From contig CAZKYO010000006.1 in assembly GCA_964557115.1 (NCBI GenBank), forward strand, positions 3,810-67,809: 64,000 nucleotides of DNA, written 5' to 3'. Below are positions 1 to 9,647 of the stretch, in pieces (the stretch's first letter is position 1; each line of letters opens with the position of its first letter). Below the pieces are notes generated by a model, which was not told where the DNA came from, made no database searches, and saw only the letters and a list, made by a program, of their open reading frames with translations. Position numbers and translations under genes: made by a program. Source of the stretch: an uncultured Gemmatimonadaceae bacterium (GTDB lineage Bacteria; Gemmatimonadota; Gemmatimonadetes; Gemmatimonadales; GWC2-71-9).

Positions 1-1302
1 GGGTTCAACTTCGACGTCAACGGCGACCGGAGCCTGCTGGTCCGCGGCGGCGTCGGCGTCTTCAGCGGCCGGCCGCCCTACGTCTGGGTGTCGAACGCGT
101 TCGCCAACTCGGGCCTCACCCAGGCCCTCCTGAGCTGCAACGGCGCCCAGGTGCCGACCTTCTCGGGCGACGTCGCCAGCCAGCCGACGGCGTGCGCTGG
201 CGGCGGCGAGCCGAGCCCGCCGACCCCGTCGATCGTGTACTTCGACCCCGACTTCAAGTTCCCGCAGACGATGCGGGCGGCCTTCGGGATCGACAAGGAC
301 CTCGGCTGGAACACCGTCGGGACGGTCGACCTGCTCTACACCAAGGCGATCAACCAGTTCTACCTCAACGACGTGAACCTCAAGGGCGTGCAGCGCACCG
401 AGTCGGGCGAGGGCGGCCGCCTGCAGTACGGCAACCCCGGCACCCCGAACGGGTCCGGTATCGCCTCTACGGTGCGGCCGAGCCGGATCTCGACCGCGTT
501 CAACGACGTGATCCGCAACTCGAACGCGAGCGGCGACCGGTCGTACCAGGCCACCCTCGCGGTCAACCGCCGGTTCTCCGACGGGCTGGCCTTCACCGCC
601 GGGTACACGTACTCCAACACCAAGGACAAGGAGTGCACGACCTCGTCGATCGCGAACTCGAACATGCGCTTCCAGGTGCTCGAGGGGCCGCTCGATGACC
701 GGGTGCTCACCACGTCGTGCTTCGACGTGCCGAACAAGCTGACGCTGACCGGCATCGTCAACGCGCCCCTGGGCATCCAGGTGTCGCTCTCGTACCTGGG
801 CCGCTCCGGCACGCCGTTCACCTACACGGTGAACAACGACGCCAACGGCGACGGGCTCTCGGGCAACGACCCGATCTACGTTCCGGCCTCCCAGAACGAC
901 GTCACGCTCCAGAAGCCCGAGGACTGGGCCACGCTCGACGGCTACATCAGCAGCGAGCCGTGCCTCGACGCGGCGCGGGGCACCCTGATGCAGCGCAACA
1001 CCTGCCGCAATCCGTGGCAGAGCTTCGTCAACGCCCGCTTCACGAAGGTCTTCACGACCTTCAACGGCCAGTCGCTCGAGCTCAACCTCGACATCTTCAA
1101 CGTCCTCAACCTGATCAACTCCGACTGGGGCGTGGTCAAGGCGACGACGTTCAACGAGAACCAGCCGATCCTGAATGCGACCGGCTACGACGTCGCGAAC
1201 GACCGCGGCCAGTACACCCTGATGAACATGACCGCCCGCGAGGGCGTCGTGGCCAACAGCACGCGGTACCAGCTGCTGCTCAGCGGCAAGTACGTGTGGT
1301 AG
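1..1302 (+). CDS. TonB-dependent-receptor-like outer-membrane beta-barrel protein, C-terminal part (5' end outside window)
   Basis: Frame 1 is open from nt 1 (GFNFDVNGDRSLLVRGG... precedes the first Met of track ORF 88..1302). Beta-strand-like alternating pattern rich in N/G/T/Y/S. C-terminal ...YQLLLSGKYVW aromatic end typical of OMP beta-signals. Confidence 0.7.
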   Translation, partial: GFNFDVNGDRSLLVRGGVGVFSGRPPYVWVSNAFANSGLTQALLSCNGAQVPTFSGDVASQPTACAGGGEPSPPTPSIVYFDPDFKFPQTMRAAFGIDKDLGWNTVGTVDLLYTKAINQFYLNDVNLKGVQRTESGEGGRLQYGNPGTPNGSGIASTVRPSRISTAFNDVIRNSNASGDRSYQATLAVNRRFSDGLAFTAGYTYSNTKDKECTTSSIANSNMRFQVLEGPLDDRVLTTSCFDVPNKLTLTGIVNAPLGIQVSLSYLGRSGTPFTYTVNNDANGDGLSGNDPIYVPASQNDVTLQKPEDWATLDGYISSEPCLDAARGTLMQRNTCRNPWQSFVNARFTKVFTTFNGQSLELNLDIFNVLNLINSDWGVVKATTFNENQPILNATGYDVANDRGQYTLMNMTAREGVVANSTRYQLLLSGKYVW

Positions 1303-1307
1303 CCCGG

Positions 1308-1329
1308 CGCGCCGGCTGACGCCGGCGCG
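1308..1329 (+). terminator. GC-only hairpin (CGCGCCGGC tgac GCCGGCGCG) 6 nt after the stop codon, no U-tract
   Basis: 9-bp perfect stem read from the sequence. No T-run follows, so terminator function is only a guess. Confidence 0.3.
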
Positions 1330-1330
1330 A

Positions 1331-1407
<77 letters not shown>

Positions 1408-1487
1408 CTCCTCGATCCCGCATCCCCGGGATCCGTCTCGCGGCCGGCGACGCCGTCCCCGGGCGCCGCCCGCGCCAACCTGCCCGG

Positions 1488-2156
1488 ATGGCCCCCACCC
1501 CGAGCGACCGTCCCCGCGAGCGGCTCTGGCGCCTCGGCGCCGGCGCGTTGACGGCGCCCGAGCTTCTGGCGATCCTGCTGGGGACGGGGGATGGCCGGCA
1601 GGACGCCACCGGGGTCGCCCGCCGGCTGCTCGACCCGGGAGGCGGGACGCTTCGCCGGCTCGCGGCCCGGCCGCCGTCGGAGCTGCTCCGGACCGGCGGG
1701 GTGGGGCCCGCGAAGGCGGCCCGGCTCCTGGCCGCCTTCGAGCTGGCGCTGCGGCTGGACCGCGAGGCCCGGCCGGTGGCCCCGCGAATCGCCTCGCCGG
1801 CGGACGTGCTCCGGGTGGTGGGGCCGGCGCTCCGCGACCTGGCCGTGGAGGAGTTCCACCTGCTGGCGCTCGACACCCGGTCGCGGGTGCTGCGGGACGT
1901 GCTGGTGACGCGGGGCCTGCTGGACAGTTCCCTGGTGCACCCCCGGGAGGTCTTCCGCGCCGCGATCGCGGAGGCCGCCGCCGGGATCATCCTGGTGCAC
2001 AACCATCCGAGCGGGGATCCGACCCCCTCGGCGGAGGACCGCGCGGTGACCCGGCAGCTGGTGGCGGCCGGCCAGCTGCTCGACCTTCCGGTCTACGACC
2101 ACGTGATCGTGGCGGGCGACCGCCACGTCAGCTTCGCCACCGCCGGACTCCTGTGA
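1488..2156 (+). CDS. radC: RadC-family JAB/MPN domain protein
   Basis: C-terminal HNHPSGDPTPSAED JAMM motif, N-terminal helix-hairpin-helix-like region (LTAPELLAILLGTG), length 222 aa. Confidence 0.85.
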   Translation: MAPTPSDRPRERLWRLGAGALTAPELLAILLGTGDGRQDATGVARRLLDPGGGTLRRLAARPPSELLRTGGVGPAKAARLLAAFELALRLDREARPVAPRIASPADVLRVVGPALRDLAVEEFHLLALDTRSRVLRDVLVTRGLLDSSLVHPREVFRAAIAEAAAGIILVHNHPSGDPTPSAEDRAVTRQLVAAGQLLDLPVYDHVIVAGDRHVSFATAGLL

Positions 2157-4330
2157 CCCCTCCCGCCGCCCCTGCCGCGCTCGCCGAGCTGTCGCCGGCG
2201 TTCTTCTCGACCCTCGAGAAGTACGCCGAGCGGCTGGACATCGTCCTGATCGACCGGGCGCTGCGCTACTCGGCGACCGCGCACCGGGGCCAGAAGCGGA
2301 TGAGCGGCGAGGACTTCGTCGAGCACTCGATCGCGGTCGCGTCGATCCTCGCGTCGCTCCTGGTCGACACGACCTCGATCTGCGCGGCGCTGCTCCACGA
2401 CGTCGTGGAGGACTCCGATGTCTCGACCGACGACATCGCCCGCGACTTCGGCGCCGAGGTCGCCACGCTGGTCGACGGCCTCACCAAGATCTCGCACCTC
2501 ACCTTCCGCTCCTCCGCCGAGGAGCAGTCGGAGAACTACCGCAAGCTGCTGCTGTCGGTCGCCAAGGACGCGCGGGTCATCATCATCAAGCTCGCCGACC
2601 GGCTGCACAACATGCGCACGCTGGAGCACCTGCCGGAGGAGCGGCGCCGGCGGATCGCCACGGAGACGCGCGAGATCTACGCGCCGCTGGCCCACCGGTT
2701 CGGCATGGCGCAGGTCAAGGCGGAGCTCGAGGACCTGGCGTTCAAGTTCCTCGAGCCCGACGACTACGCCGCGCTGGCGCAGCAGGTCGCGGCGAAGCGC
2801 GCCGAGCGGCAGGAGTCGATCGAGCGGCTGCGCGGCCCGCTGGAGCAGGAGCTGCGCCGCGCGGGCCTGGCCGACTTCGAGGTGAGCGGCCGGCCCAAGC
2901 ACCTCTGGTCGATCTACCAGAAGATGCGCAAGCGCGACAAGCCGTTCGACGAGATCTACGACCTCATGGCGATGCGGGTGATCGTCGGCACGGTGCCGGA
3001 GTGCTACCACGTGCTGGGGATCATCCACCACGTCTGGACGCCGCTGCAGGAGCGGATCAAGGACTACATCGCCAGCCCGAAGTCGAACGGCTACCAGTCG
3101 CTCCACACCACCATCTTCGGCCCCGGCGGGCAGCTGTTCGAGATCCAGATCCGCACCCGCGAGATGCACCGCACGGCCGAGTACGGCATCGCGGCCCACT
3201 GGCTCTACAAGACCTCGACCGAGCCCGAGGACGAGATCGGCCGGCAGCTCGGCTGGTTCCGGCAGCTGCTGGAGCTGCAGCAGGAGAGCGCGACCCCGGA
3301 GGAATTCCTCGAGTTCCTCAAGGTCGACCTCTACCACGACGAGATCTTCATCTTCACGCCGCAGGGCGACGTCAAGCAGCTCCCCAAGGGCGCCACCGCG
3401 ATCGACTTCGCCTTCCACGTGCACACCGATGTCGGGCTGCACACCACCGGGGCCCGGGTCAACGGGCGGATCGCGCCGCTCCACCGCGAGCTCAAGAACG
3501 GCGACACGGTCGAGATCCTCACGTCGACCCAGGCGAAGCCCTCGCGCGACTGGCTGGCGCACGTCCGCACCGGCCGGGCGCGCAGCAAGATCAAGCAGTG
3601 GATCCGGCAGGAGGAGGAGACGGTCTCGGCCCAGCTCGGGCACGACATCCTCCTCCGCGAGGTGAAGCGCCGGCGCCTCGAGCTCCCCGACGACGACCGG
3701 CTCGACGCGGCCGGCCGCCAGCTCAACCTGCTCGACGGGACCGCCCTCGCGGCCTCGCTCGGCCGCGGCGACGTGGCGGTGGGACAGGTGATGAAGGCGC
3801 TCTTCCCCGAGCTGCCCGGCGAGGCGCTCGCCGAGAAGCCGCCGACGATGTTCGGGCGGGTCATCGAGCGGTTCCGGCTGGGACGTGGCATCCGGATCCA
3901 GGGCGTCGACGGCCTGATGGTGCGCTACGCCCAGTGCTGCCAACCGGTCCCCGGCGACCCCGTGGTCGGCTATGTGACCCAGGGGCGCGGCATCTCGATC
4001 CACCGCGCCGACTGCCCCAACCTGCTGACGCTCACCGACCAGGGCCGCCGGGTCGAGATCGACTGGCAGGAGCAGAGCGGGGAGACCTACGCGGTGCGGC
4101 TCGCCGTGAGCGGCGAGGATCGCCGCGGCCTCTACGCCGACATCATGTCGGCGATCTCCGGCAGCGGCACCAACATCAAGGGCGCCGACCTGCAGACGAA
4201 GGACGGCAGCGCGTTCGGGACCGTGTTCGTGGAAGTCGACAACCTGCCGCACCTGGCGAAGGTGCTCAAGGCGATCCGGCGCGTGAAGGGCGTCTCGAGC
4301 GTCGAGCGGCGGGAGGCACCGGAGAACTGA
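2153..4330 (+). CDS. spoT: Bifunctional (p)ppGpp synthetase/hydrolase, RelA/SpoT homologue
   Basis: HD hydrolase region (HRGQKRMSGEDFVEHS...LLHDVVEDS), synthetase region (DLMAMRVIV...GYQSLHTTI), TGS and ACT-like C-terminus. GTGA overlap with radC. Confidence 0.9.
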   Translation: MTPPAAPAALAELSPAFFSTLEKYAERLDIVLIDRALRYSATAHRGQKRMSGEDFVEHSIAVASILASLLVDTTSICAALLHDVVEDSDVSTDDIARDFGAEVATLVDGLTKISHLTFRSSAEEQSENYRKLLLSVAKDARVIIIKLADRLHNMRTLEHLPEERRRRIATETREIYAPLAHRFGMAQVKAELEDLAFKFLEPDDYAALAQQVAAKRAERQESIERLRGPLEQELRRAGLADFEVSGRPKHLWSIYQKMRKRDKPFDEIYDLMAMRVIVGTVPECYHVLGIIHHVWTPLQERIKDYIASPKSNGYQSLHTTIFGPGGQLFEIQIRTREMHRTAEYGIAAHWLYKTSTEPEDEIGRQLGWFRQLLELQQESATPEEFLEFLKVDLYHDEIFIFTPQGDVKQLPKGATAIDFAFHVHTDVGLHTTGARVNGRIAPLHRELKNGDTVEILTSTQAKPSRDWLAHVRTGRARSKIKQWIRQEEETVSAQLGHDILLREVKRRRLELPDDDRLDAAGRQLNLLDGTALAASLGRGDVAVGQVMKALFPELPGEALAEKPPTMFGRVIERFRLGRGIRIQGVDGLMVRYAQCCQPVPGDPVVGYVTQGRGISIHRADCPNLLTLTDQGRRVEIDWQEQSGETYAVRLAVSGEDRRGLYADIMSAISGSGTNIKGADLQTKDGSAFGTVFVEVDNLPHLAKVLKAIRRVKGVSSVERREAPEN

Positions 4331-4738
4331 ATGGCCACCTTCCTGCTCAAGACCGAACCGTCGACCTACTCCTGGGATGACCTCGTCCGCGAGCGCCGCA
4401 CCACCTGGGACGGCATCACCAACGCCGCCGCCCTGATCGCCATCCGCCAGATGCGAAAGGGCGACGAGGCGATCATCTACCACTCCGGCAAGGACAAGGC
4501 GGTCGTCGGGATCGCCAGGATCGTGAAGGGCGCCTACCAGGACCCCAGGCGCGACGATCCCAGGCTGGCGGTGGTCGACGTCGAGCCGGTGAAGGCGCTC
4601 CCGGAGCCGATCCCGCTCAAGACGATCAAGGCCGAGCCAGGGCTCGCCGACTTCCAGCTGGTCCGGATCTCCCGGCTCTCGACCATGCCGGTGAGCGAGC
4701 GGCACCGGAAGCTCCTGTCGAAGCTGGGGGTCAAGTAG
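4331..4738 (+). CDS. EVE (PUA-like) domain protein
   Basis: [18 protein letters not shown]...WDGI.N..A...[12 protein letters not shown] is the typical stand-alone EVE domain pattern. The ATG directly abuts the rel stop codon (TGAATG). Confidence 0.7.
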   Translation: MATFLLKTEPSTYSWDDLVRERRTTWDGITNAAALIAIRQMRKGDEAIIYHSGKDKAVVGIARIVKGAYQDPRRDDPRLAVVDVEPVKALPEPIPLKTIKAEPGLADFQLVRISRLSTMPVSERHRKLLSKLGVK

Positions 4739-4788
4739 CGGCCCGGGCCGGTCCGAAGATTTCCCGAAGACCCGGTTATATTCCCCCG

Positions 4789-6813
4789 ATGCCGAAGTTC
4801 GAGGTCCGCGCCCCCTTCCAGCCCGCCGGTGACCAGCCGCGCGCCATCGCCGAGCTCTCGGCGGGGCTGGCGCGGGGCGACCGGTACCAGACCCTCCTCG
4901 GCGTCACCGGCAGCGGCAAGACGATGACGCTGGCGCACACGATTGCCGCGCACGGCAAGCCGACGCTGGTGATGAGCCACAACAAGACCCTGGCCGCCCA
5001 GTTGTACGGCGAGCTCAAGCAGTTCCTCCCCGGGAACGCCGTCGAGTACTTCGTCTCGTACTACGACTACTACCAGCCCGAGGCGTACGTCCCCTCGACC
5101 GACGTCTACATCGAGAAGGACGCGTCGATCAACCAGGACCTCGAGTCGCTGCGGCTCCGGGCCACCTCGTCGCTGATGGAGCGCGACGACGTGGTGATCG
5201 TGGCGACGGTCTCGGCGATCTACGGCCTCGGCGACCCGGCCGCCTATCGCGCGCTGATGGTGGCGGTGGCGCGGGGCGAGCGGCGCGGCCGCGACGCGAT
5301 CCTGCAGGACCTGGTGGCGATCCAGTACCAGCGCAACGACGCGTCGTTCGAGCCGGGGACCTTCCGGGTCCGCGGCGACACGATCGAGATCTTCCCCGCC
5401 TACGACGAGCAGGCGGTGCGGATCGAGCTCTGGGGCGACGAGGTCGAGCGGATCACCCGGTTCCATCCGCTCACCGGGCACGCGATCGCGCAGCTCGACC
5501 GCACCGCGATCTACCCGGCCAAGCACTTCGTGACCGAGCGGGCGACGATCGAGCGCGCGGTGGCGCGGATCCGCGCCGAGCTCGCCGAGCGGCTGCTTGA
5601 GCTGCGGAGCGCCGGCAAGCTGCTCGAGGCGCAGCGGCTCGAGTCGCGCACCACCTTCGACGTGGAGATGATGCTCGAGGTGGGCACCTGCGCCGGGATC
5701 GAGAACTACTCGCGCCACCTCGCCGGCCGGGCCGAGGGGGAGCGGCCGGCCTGCCTGCTCGACTACTTCCCGCCCGAGTTCCTCGTGGTGGTGGACGAGA
5801 GCCATGTCTCGCTGCCGCAGATCAACGGGATGTACAACGGCGACCGGGCCCGCAAGCTCACCCTGGTCGAGTACGGCTTCCGGCTGCCGAGTGCGCTCGA
5901 CAACCGGCCCCAGCGCTTCGACGAGTTCATGGCGCTGGTGCCGCAGCTGATCAACGTCTCGGCGACGCCGGGCGACCTCGAGCTGCAGCTCTCGGGCGGC
6001 GTGGTGGTGGAGCAGATCATCCGGCCCACCGGCCTGGTGGACCCCGAGGTCGACATCCGTCCGGTGGCCGGCCAGGTCGACGACCTCCTGGCCGAGATCC
6101 GCGAGCGCGAGCGCCGGCGGGAGCGGGTGCTCGTCACCACGCTCACCAAGCGGATGGCGGAGGACCTCACCGACTACCTGCAGCAGGCGGGCGTGCGGGT
6201 GCGCTACCTGCACAGCGACATCGACGCGATCGAGCGGGTCGAGATCCTGCGCGGGCTGCGGCTCGGCGACTTCGACGTGCTGGTGGGGATCAACCTGCTG
6301 CGCGAGGGGCTCGATCTCCCGGAGGTGTCGCTGGTGGCCGTGCTCGACGCCGACCAGGAGGGCTTCCTGCGCAGCGACCGCGCGCTGATCCAGACGGTCG
6401 GTCGCGCGGCGCGGAACGTCGCTGGCCGCGCGATCCTCTACGCCGACCGGGTGACCGGGTCGATGGAGCGGGCCCTCGGCGAGATGGACCGACGCCGCGA
6501 GCGGCAGCGGGCACACAACGCGGAGCACGGCATCGTGCCGATGTCGATCGTGAAGTCGCTCGACGAGGTGCGGCTCTCGACGAAGGTCGCCGATTCGCGC
6601 AGCGAGAAGCCCGACGTGCGCAAGGCGAAGCCGGCCGAACCCGACCTGCGCGACCCGGCACAGCGCGCGGCGGCGATGGCCGCGCTCGAGCGGCAGATGC
6701 GCGAGGCGGCGGCCAACCTGGAGTTCGAGGTGGCGGCGCTGCTCCGCGACCAGCTCAACGAGCTCCGGGCCGCGTCGGCGCCCAACGTGCGACGTCCGGT
6801 GGCGCGTCGGTGA
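4789..6813 (+). CDS. uvrB: Excinuclease ABC subunit B
   Basis: Walker [19 protein letters not shown] beta-hairpin region, helicase motifs, C-terminal UVR domain ([15 protein letters not shown]). Confidence 0.95.
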   Translation: MPKFEVRAPFQPAGDQPRAIAELSAGLARGDRYQTLLGVTGSGKTMTLAHTIAAHGKPTLVMSHNKTLAAQLYGELKQFLPGNAVEYFVSYYDYYQPEAYVPSTDVYIEKDASINQDLESLRLRATSSLMERDDVVIVATVSAIYGLGDPAAYRALMVAVARGERRGRDAILQDLVAIQYQRNDASFEPGTFRVRGDTIEIFPAYDEQAVRIELWGDEVERITRFHPLTGHAIAQLDRTAIYPAKHFVTERATIERAVARIRAELAERLLELRSAGKLLEAQRLESRTTFDVEMMLEVGTCAGIENYSRHLAGRAEGERPACLLDYFPPEFLVVVDESHVSLPQINGMYNGDRARKLTLVEYGFRLPSALDNRPQRFDEFMALVPQLINVSATPGDLELQLSGGVVVEQIIRPTGLVDPEVDIRPVAGQVDDLLAEIRERERRRERVLVTTLTKRMAEDLTDYLQQAGVRVRYLHSDIDAIERVEILRGLRLGDFDVLVGINLLREGLDLPEVSLVAVLDADQEGFLRSDRALIQTVGRAARNVAGRAILYADRVTGSMERALGEMDRRRERQRAHNAEHGIVPMSIVKSLDEVRLSTKVADSRSEKPDVRKAKPAEPDLRDPAQRAAAMAALERQMREAAANLEFEVAALLRDQLNELRAASAPNVRRPVARR

Positions 6814-7220
6814 CGCCCCGGACGGTGGACCTCGCCGGCCTCGAGGCGGCGGCGGCCGAACTCGCGGCGACGCTCCGGAGCGGCGCCGTGGTGCGGCTCG
6901 AGGGGCCGCTCGGGGCGGGGAAGACCACCTTCGTCCGCGCCTTCGTCGCTGCGCGCGGCGCCACGGTCGGTGCCACGTCGCCGACGTACAACCTCGCCCA
7001 CCGCTACGACGGCCCTGGCGGCGAGATCTGGCACCTCGACTGCTACCGGCTGCGCGACCCGGACGAGGCCGCCGACCTCGACTGGGAGCGCCTCGCCCAG
7101 GCCGACGCGCTGCTGGTCGAATGGCCGGAGCGGGCCGGGCCGTGGCTGCCCGACGCCGACTGCACCATCCGCCTCGACCACGTGGACGACGACACGCGGC
7201 GGCTCGAGGTGGCGCGATGA
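6810..7220 (+). CDS. tsaE: tRNA t6A37 biosynthesis ATPase TsaE
   Basis: [13 protein letters not shown]-loop, SPTY..., HLDCYRL motifs. GTGA overlap with uvrB. Confidence 0.8.
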   Translation: MTPRTVDLAGLEAAAAELAATLRSGAVVRLEGPLGAGKTTFVRAFVAARGATVGATSPTYNLAHRYDGPGGEIWHLDCYRLRDPDEAADLDWERLAQADALLVEWPERAGPWLPDADCTIRLDHVDDDTRRLEVAR

Positions 7221-7939
7221 TCACGCTCGCGATCGACACGGCGAGCGACCGGCTCACCCTGGCCGCCACCGACGGCACCGCCACCGTCTCGCGCCACCTC
7301 GATGGCGCCCGGGGCCACGCACGCGCGGTGCTTGGCCTCGTGGGCGAGGCGCTCGCCGACCTCGACGCCGGCGCGCGCGACGTGCGACACCTGCTGACCG
7401 GCGACGGGCCCGGATCGTTCACGGGGCTGCGGGTGAGCGCCGCGGTGGCCAAGGCGATGACCTGGGGTCGCCGCGACGTGACCTGGAGCACTGCCCCCTC
7501 GTTGCTGGTGCGCGCCGCGCGACACGCCCCGTCCGGCGGGGGCCGGGTGCTGGCGCTCGCCGATGCGCTGCGGGGCGAGCTCTACGCCGGCTGCTGGCGC
7601 TTCACCGGGGCGGCGGTGGTCCACGAGCACGGCGCCGCGCGCACCACGACGCCCGAGGCGCTCGCGGCCTTCGGGCCGGTGGATCTCGTGGTGGGCAGCG
7701 TGCCCGAGCGCCTGCTCGCCGCGGTGCAGGCCGCCACCGGCCGCCCGCCGGTGCTCGGCGAGGCGGCGCTGCCGGATGCGCGCGCGCTGCTTGCCCTCGA
7801 CCGCCTCGCCGGCGGGACGCAGCCGGTGGCGGACCCCGCCGCGTGGCAGCCGACCTACGGCCGCCCGGTCGAGGCGCAGGCGGTCTGGGAACGGAAGCAT
7901 GGCCGACCGCTGCCGGATTCGACCCACCGCGTCGGCTGA
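7217..7939 (+). CDS. tsaB: tRNA t6A37 biosynthesis protein TsaB
   Basis: [11 protein letters not shown]... and GPGSFTGLRV motifs. Start moved to the internal ATG at 7217 (ATGA overlap with tsaE). The track ORF starts at 7121 inside tsaE. Confidence 0.8.
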   Translation: MITLAIDTASDRLTLAATDGTATVSRHLDGARGHARAVLGLVGEALADLDAGARDVRHLLTGDGPGSFTGLRVSAAVAKAMTWGRRDVTWSTAPSLLVRAARHAPSGGGRVLALADALRGELYAGCWRFTGAAVVHEHGAARTTTPEALAAFGPVDLVVGSVPERLLAAVQAATGRPPVLGEAALPDARALLALDRLAGGTQPVADPAAWQPTYGRPVEAQAVWERKHGRPLPDSTHRVG

Positions 7940-8378
7940 TCTCGGCGCGCTCGCGCTGCTGGAACAGGACGCCTTCAGCGATCCGTGGACCAGCGGCATG
8001 ATCGCCGAGGCGCTGTCGAGCGACGGGGCCATGGCGCTCGTCGCCGACGCCGACGGCGAGGTGGTCGGGTCGATCATCGCGCGGCGCGTGGCCGACGAGG
8101 GCGAGATCCTCACCGTCGCGGTGGCGCCGTCCCGGCGGCGGACCGGCCTCGGCCGCCGCCTGCTCGACGCGGTGCTGGGCCAATTCCGCGAGGCCGGGGT
8201 CGCCGCCGTCTGGCTCGAGGTGCGCGCGTCGAACCTGCCCGCGCGCGGGATGTACCAGGCGGCGGGCTTCGTCGCGGCGGGGCTGCGCCGGGGCTATTAT
8301 CGTCGGCCGACGGAAGACGCGATCATCCTGCGGTGCGACCTGTCGCGGCGCGAGGCGCCGCCCGGCAGCGAAGGGTGA
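7899..8378 (+). CDS. rimI: Ribosomal-protein-alanine N-acetyltransferase (GNAT)
   Basis: GNAT motif A (ILTVAVAPSRRRTGLGRRLL). Classic tsaE-tsaB-rimI context. Start set to ATG 7899 within track ORF 7563..8378. Confidence 0.75.
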   Translation: MADRCRIRPTASADLGALALLEQDAFSDPWTSGMIAEALSSDGAMALVADADGEVVGSIIARRVADEGEILTVAVAPSRRRTGLGRRLLDAVLGQFREAGVAAVWLEVRASNLPARGMYQAAGFVAAGLRRGYYRRPTEDAIILRCDLSRREAPPGSEG

Positions 8379-8458
8379 CCTGGGGACGGTCAGGCGTCAC
8401 CGATGTTGGCGATGATCGTGCTGCAACTCGTATCTCGAACCACGGCTGGAGTCCACTG

Positions 8459-8959
8459 ATGAGCAAGTCCCTCAACAAGGCGATCCTGATCGGCAACCTC
8501 GGCGCCGACCCCGAGGTCCGGTCCACCTCCAACGGCGGGCGGGTGGCGACGCTCTCGGTCGCGACGTCGCGGCAGTGGAAGGGCACCGACGGCCAGCGCC
8601 AGGAGAAGACGCAGTGGCACCGCGTCGTCTGCTGGAACGCGCCGCGCGGCCAGCAGCTGGCCGACGTCGCCGAGCGGTACTGCAAGAAGGGCGAGAAGGT
8701 GTACATCGAGGGCGAGATCGAGTACCGGACCTGGCAGGACAAGGACGGGCAGACCCGCTACTCGACCGAGATCAACTGCCGCGAGCTGATCCTCCTCGGC
8801 GGCCGCGGCGGCGACGACACCGGCGGCTCGTGGGGTGGCGGCGGCAGCCGCTCCAGCGGTGCCTCGCGCGGCGAGGCGGCGTCGGCGCCGAAGAAGGACG
8901 AATCGTTCGGCGACTTCCCGGACGCCCTGGACGCCGAGGACGACGACCTGCCGTTCTAG
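8459..8959 (+). CDS. ssb: Single-stranded DNA-binding protein
   Basis: MSKSLNKAILIGNLGADPEVR OB-fold N-terminus, Gly-rich linker, acidic tail ending DDDLPF. Start set to ATG 8459 within track ORF 7985..8959. Confidence 0.95.
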   Translation: MSKSLNKAILIGNLGADPEVRSTSNGGRVATLSVATSRQWKGTDGQRQEKTQWHRVVCWNAPRGQQLADVAERYCKKGEKVYIEGEIEYRTWQDKDGQTRYSTEINCRELILLGGRGGDDTGGSWGGGGSRSSGASRGEAASAPKKDESFGDFPDALDAEDDDLPF

Positions 8960-8961
8960 GC

Positions 8962-9024
8962 GAGATTCGCGATTCGAGATTGGAGATTCGAGGGTGCGGA
9001 CACGAATCTCCAGTCTCCAGTCGC
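8962..9024. repeat. Heptad-periodic inverted repeat between convergent ssb and DUF4440 genes (probable bidirectional terminator)
   Basis: Left: GAGATTC GCGATTC GAGATTG GAGATTC. Loop. Right: GAATCTC CAGTCTC CAGTCGC. Starts 3 nt after the ssb stop and ends 4 nt before the stop of the minus-strand gene. Confidence 0.8.
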
Positions 9025-9027
9025 CGG

Positions 9028-9501
9028 TCACGAGCTGTGGTCGTGCAGCACCCGCCAGCCCTCCGCCGTCCGTTCCCACACCAGCGTGAACCATCCCGAC
9101 TGCTCCGCCTGGCCGCCACCGGTCAGGTGGAAGTTGCCGGTCATCAGGGCATGGTCCTTCCCGAGGGCGCGGATCCAGACGTGGTCGAACTCGAGCGCCT
9201 GGATCGGCTTGCCGTCGCGGAAGTAGCTGGTCGAGAACGACTGCACCACGCGGTCCTTCCCGGGCCTGGGCCCCTGCCGGGTCATGAAGGTCACCGAGTC
9301 GACGTAGAAACCGACGTGCTTCGCCAGATTCGCCTCGTTCCACCCGTCCCGGCTCTTCATCAGTTCGGTCATGATCGCGGCGGAGTCGGCCGGGGCGGGG
9401 CTCGGGAACGCCTGGGCGCCGAGGGGCAGGGCGGCGGCCCCGAGGAGGGCGAGGGTCAGGGCCAAATGCGCGCCACGGCTGGCGTTCTGGCGGTCGGGCA
9501 T
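9028..9501 (-). CDS. Secreted SnoaL-like / DUF4440 (NTF2-fold) protein
   Basis: Signal peptide (LALTLALLGAAALPLGAQA) followed by an NTF2-like pattern ending ...GWFTLVWERTAEGWRVLHDHSS. Start set to the second Met (9501). Confidence 0.55.
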   Translation of the reverse strand: MPDRQNASRGAHLALTLALLGAAALPLGAQAFPSPAPADSAAIMTELMKSRDGWNEANLAKHVGFYVDSVTFMTRQGPRPGKDRVVQSFSTSYFRDGKPIQALEFDHVWIRALGKDHALMTGNFHLTGGGQAEQSGWFTLVWERTAEGWRVLHDHSS

Positions 9502-9647
9502 GCGGTGCTGTCCTTGGCTGGGGTCTCGGACGATACTGAGGGGACTGGTTACCATACTCGGGCCGGGTCCGCGAGGATTCGGGGCCGGGTTTCTGGCACG
9601 GTTCGTGTCCCACGGATCGACATCCGCAGCCCTTCGGAGGCTCCTTG

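Noticed and set aside
2093-4705. Very long minus-strand ORFs in the track (2093..4705, 4534..7491, 16723..19947, 38163..40298, 42870..46346 and many shorter ones)
   Set aside because: Each lies antisense to, or out of frame with, a confidently recognised gene. All have the Arg/Gly/Pro/Ala/Asp-rich composition typical of shadow ORFs in very GC-rich DNA. None shows a recognisable motif.
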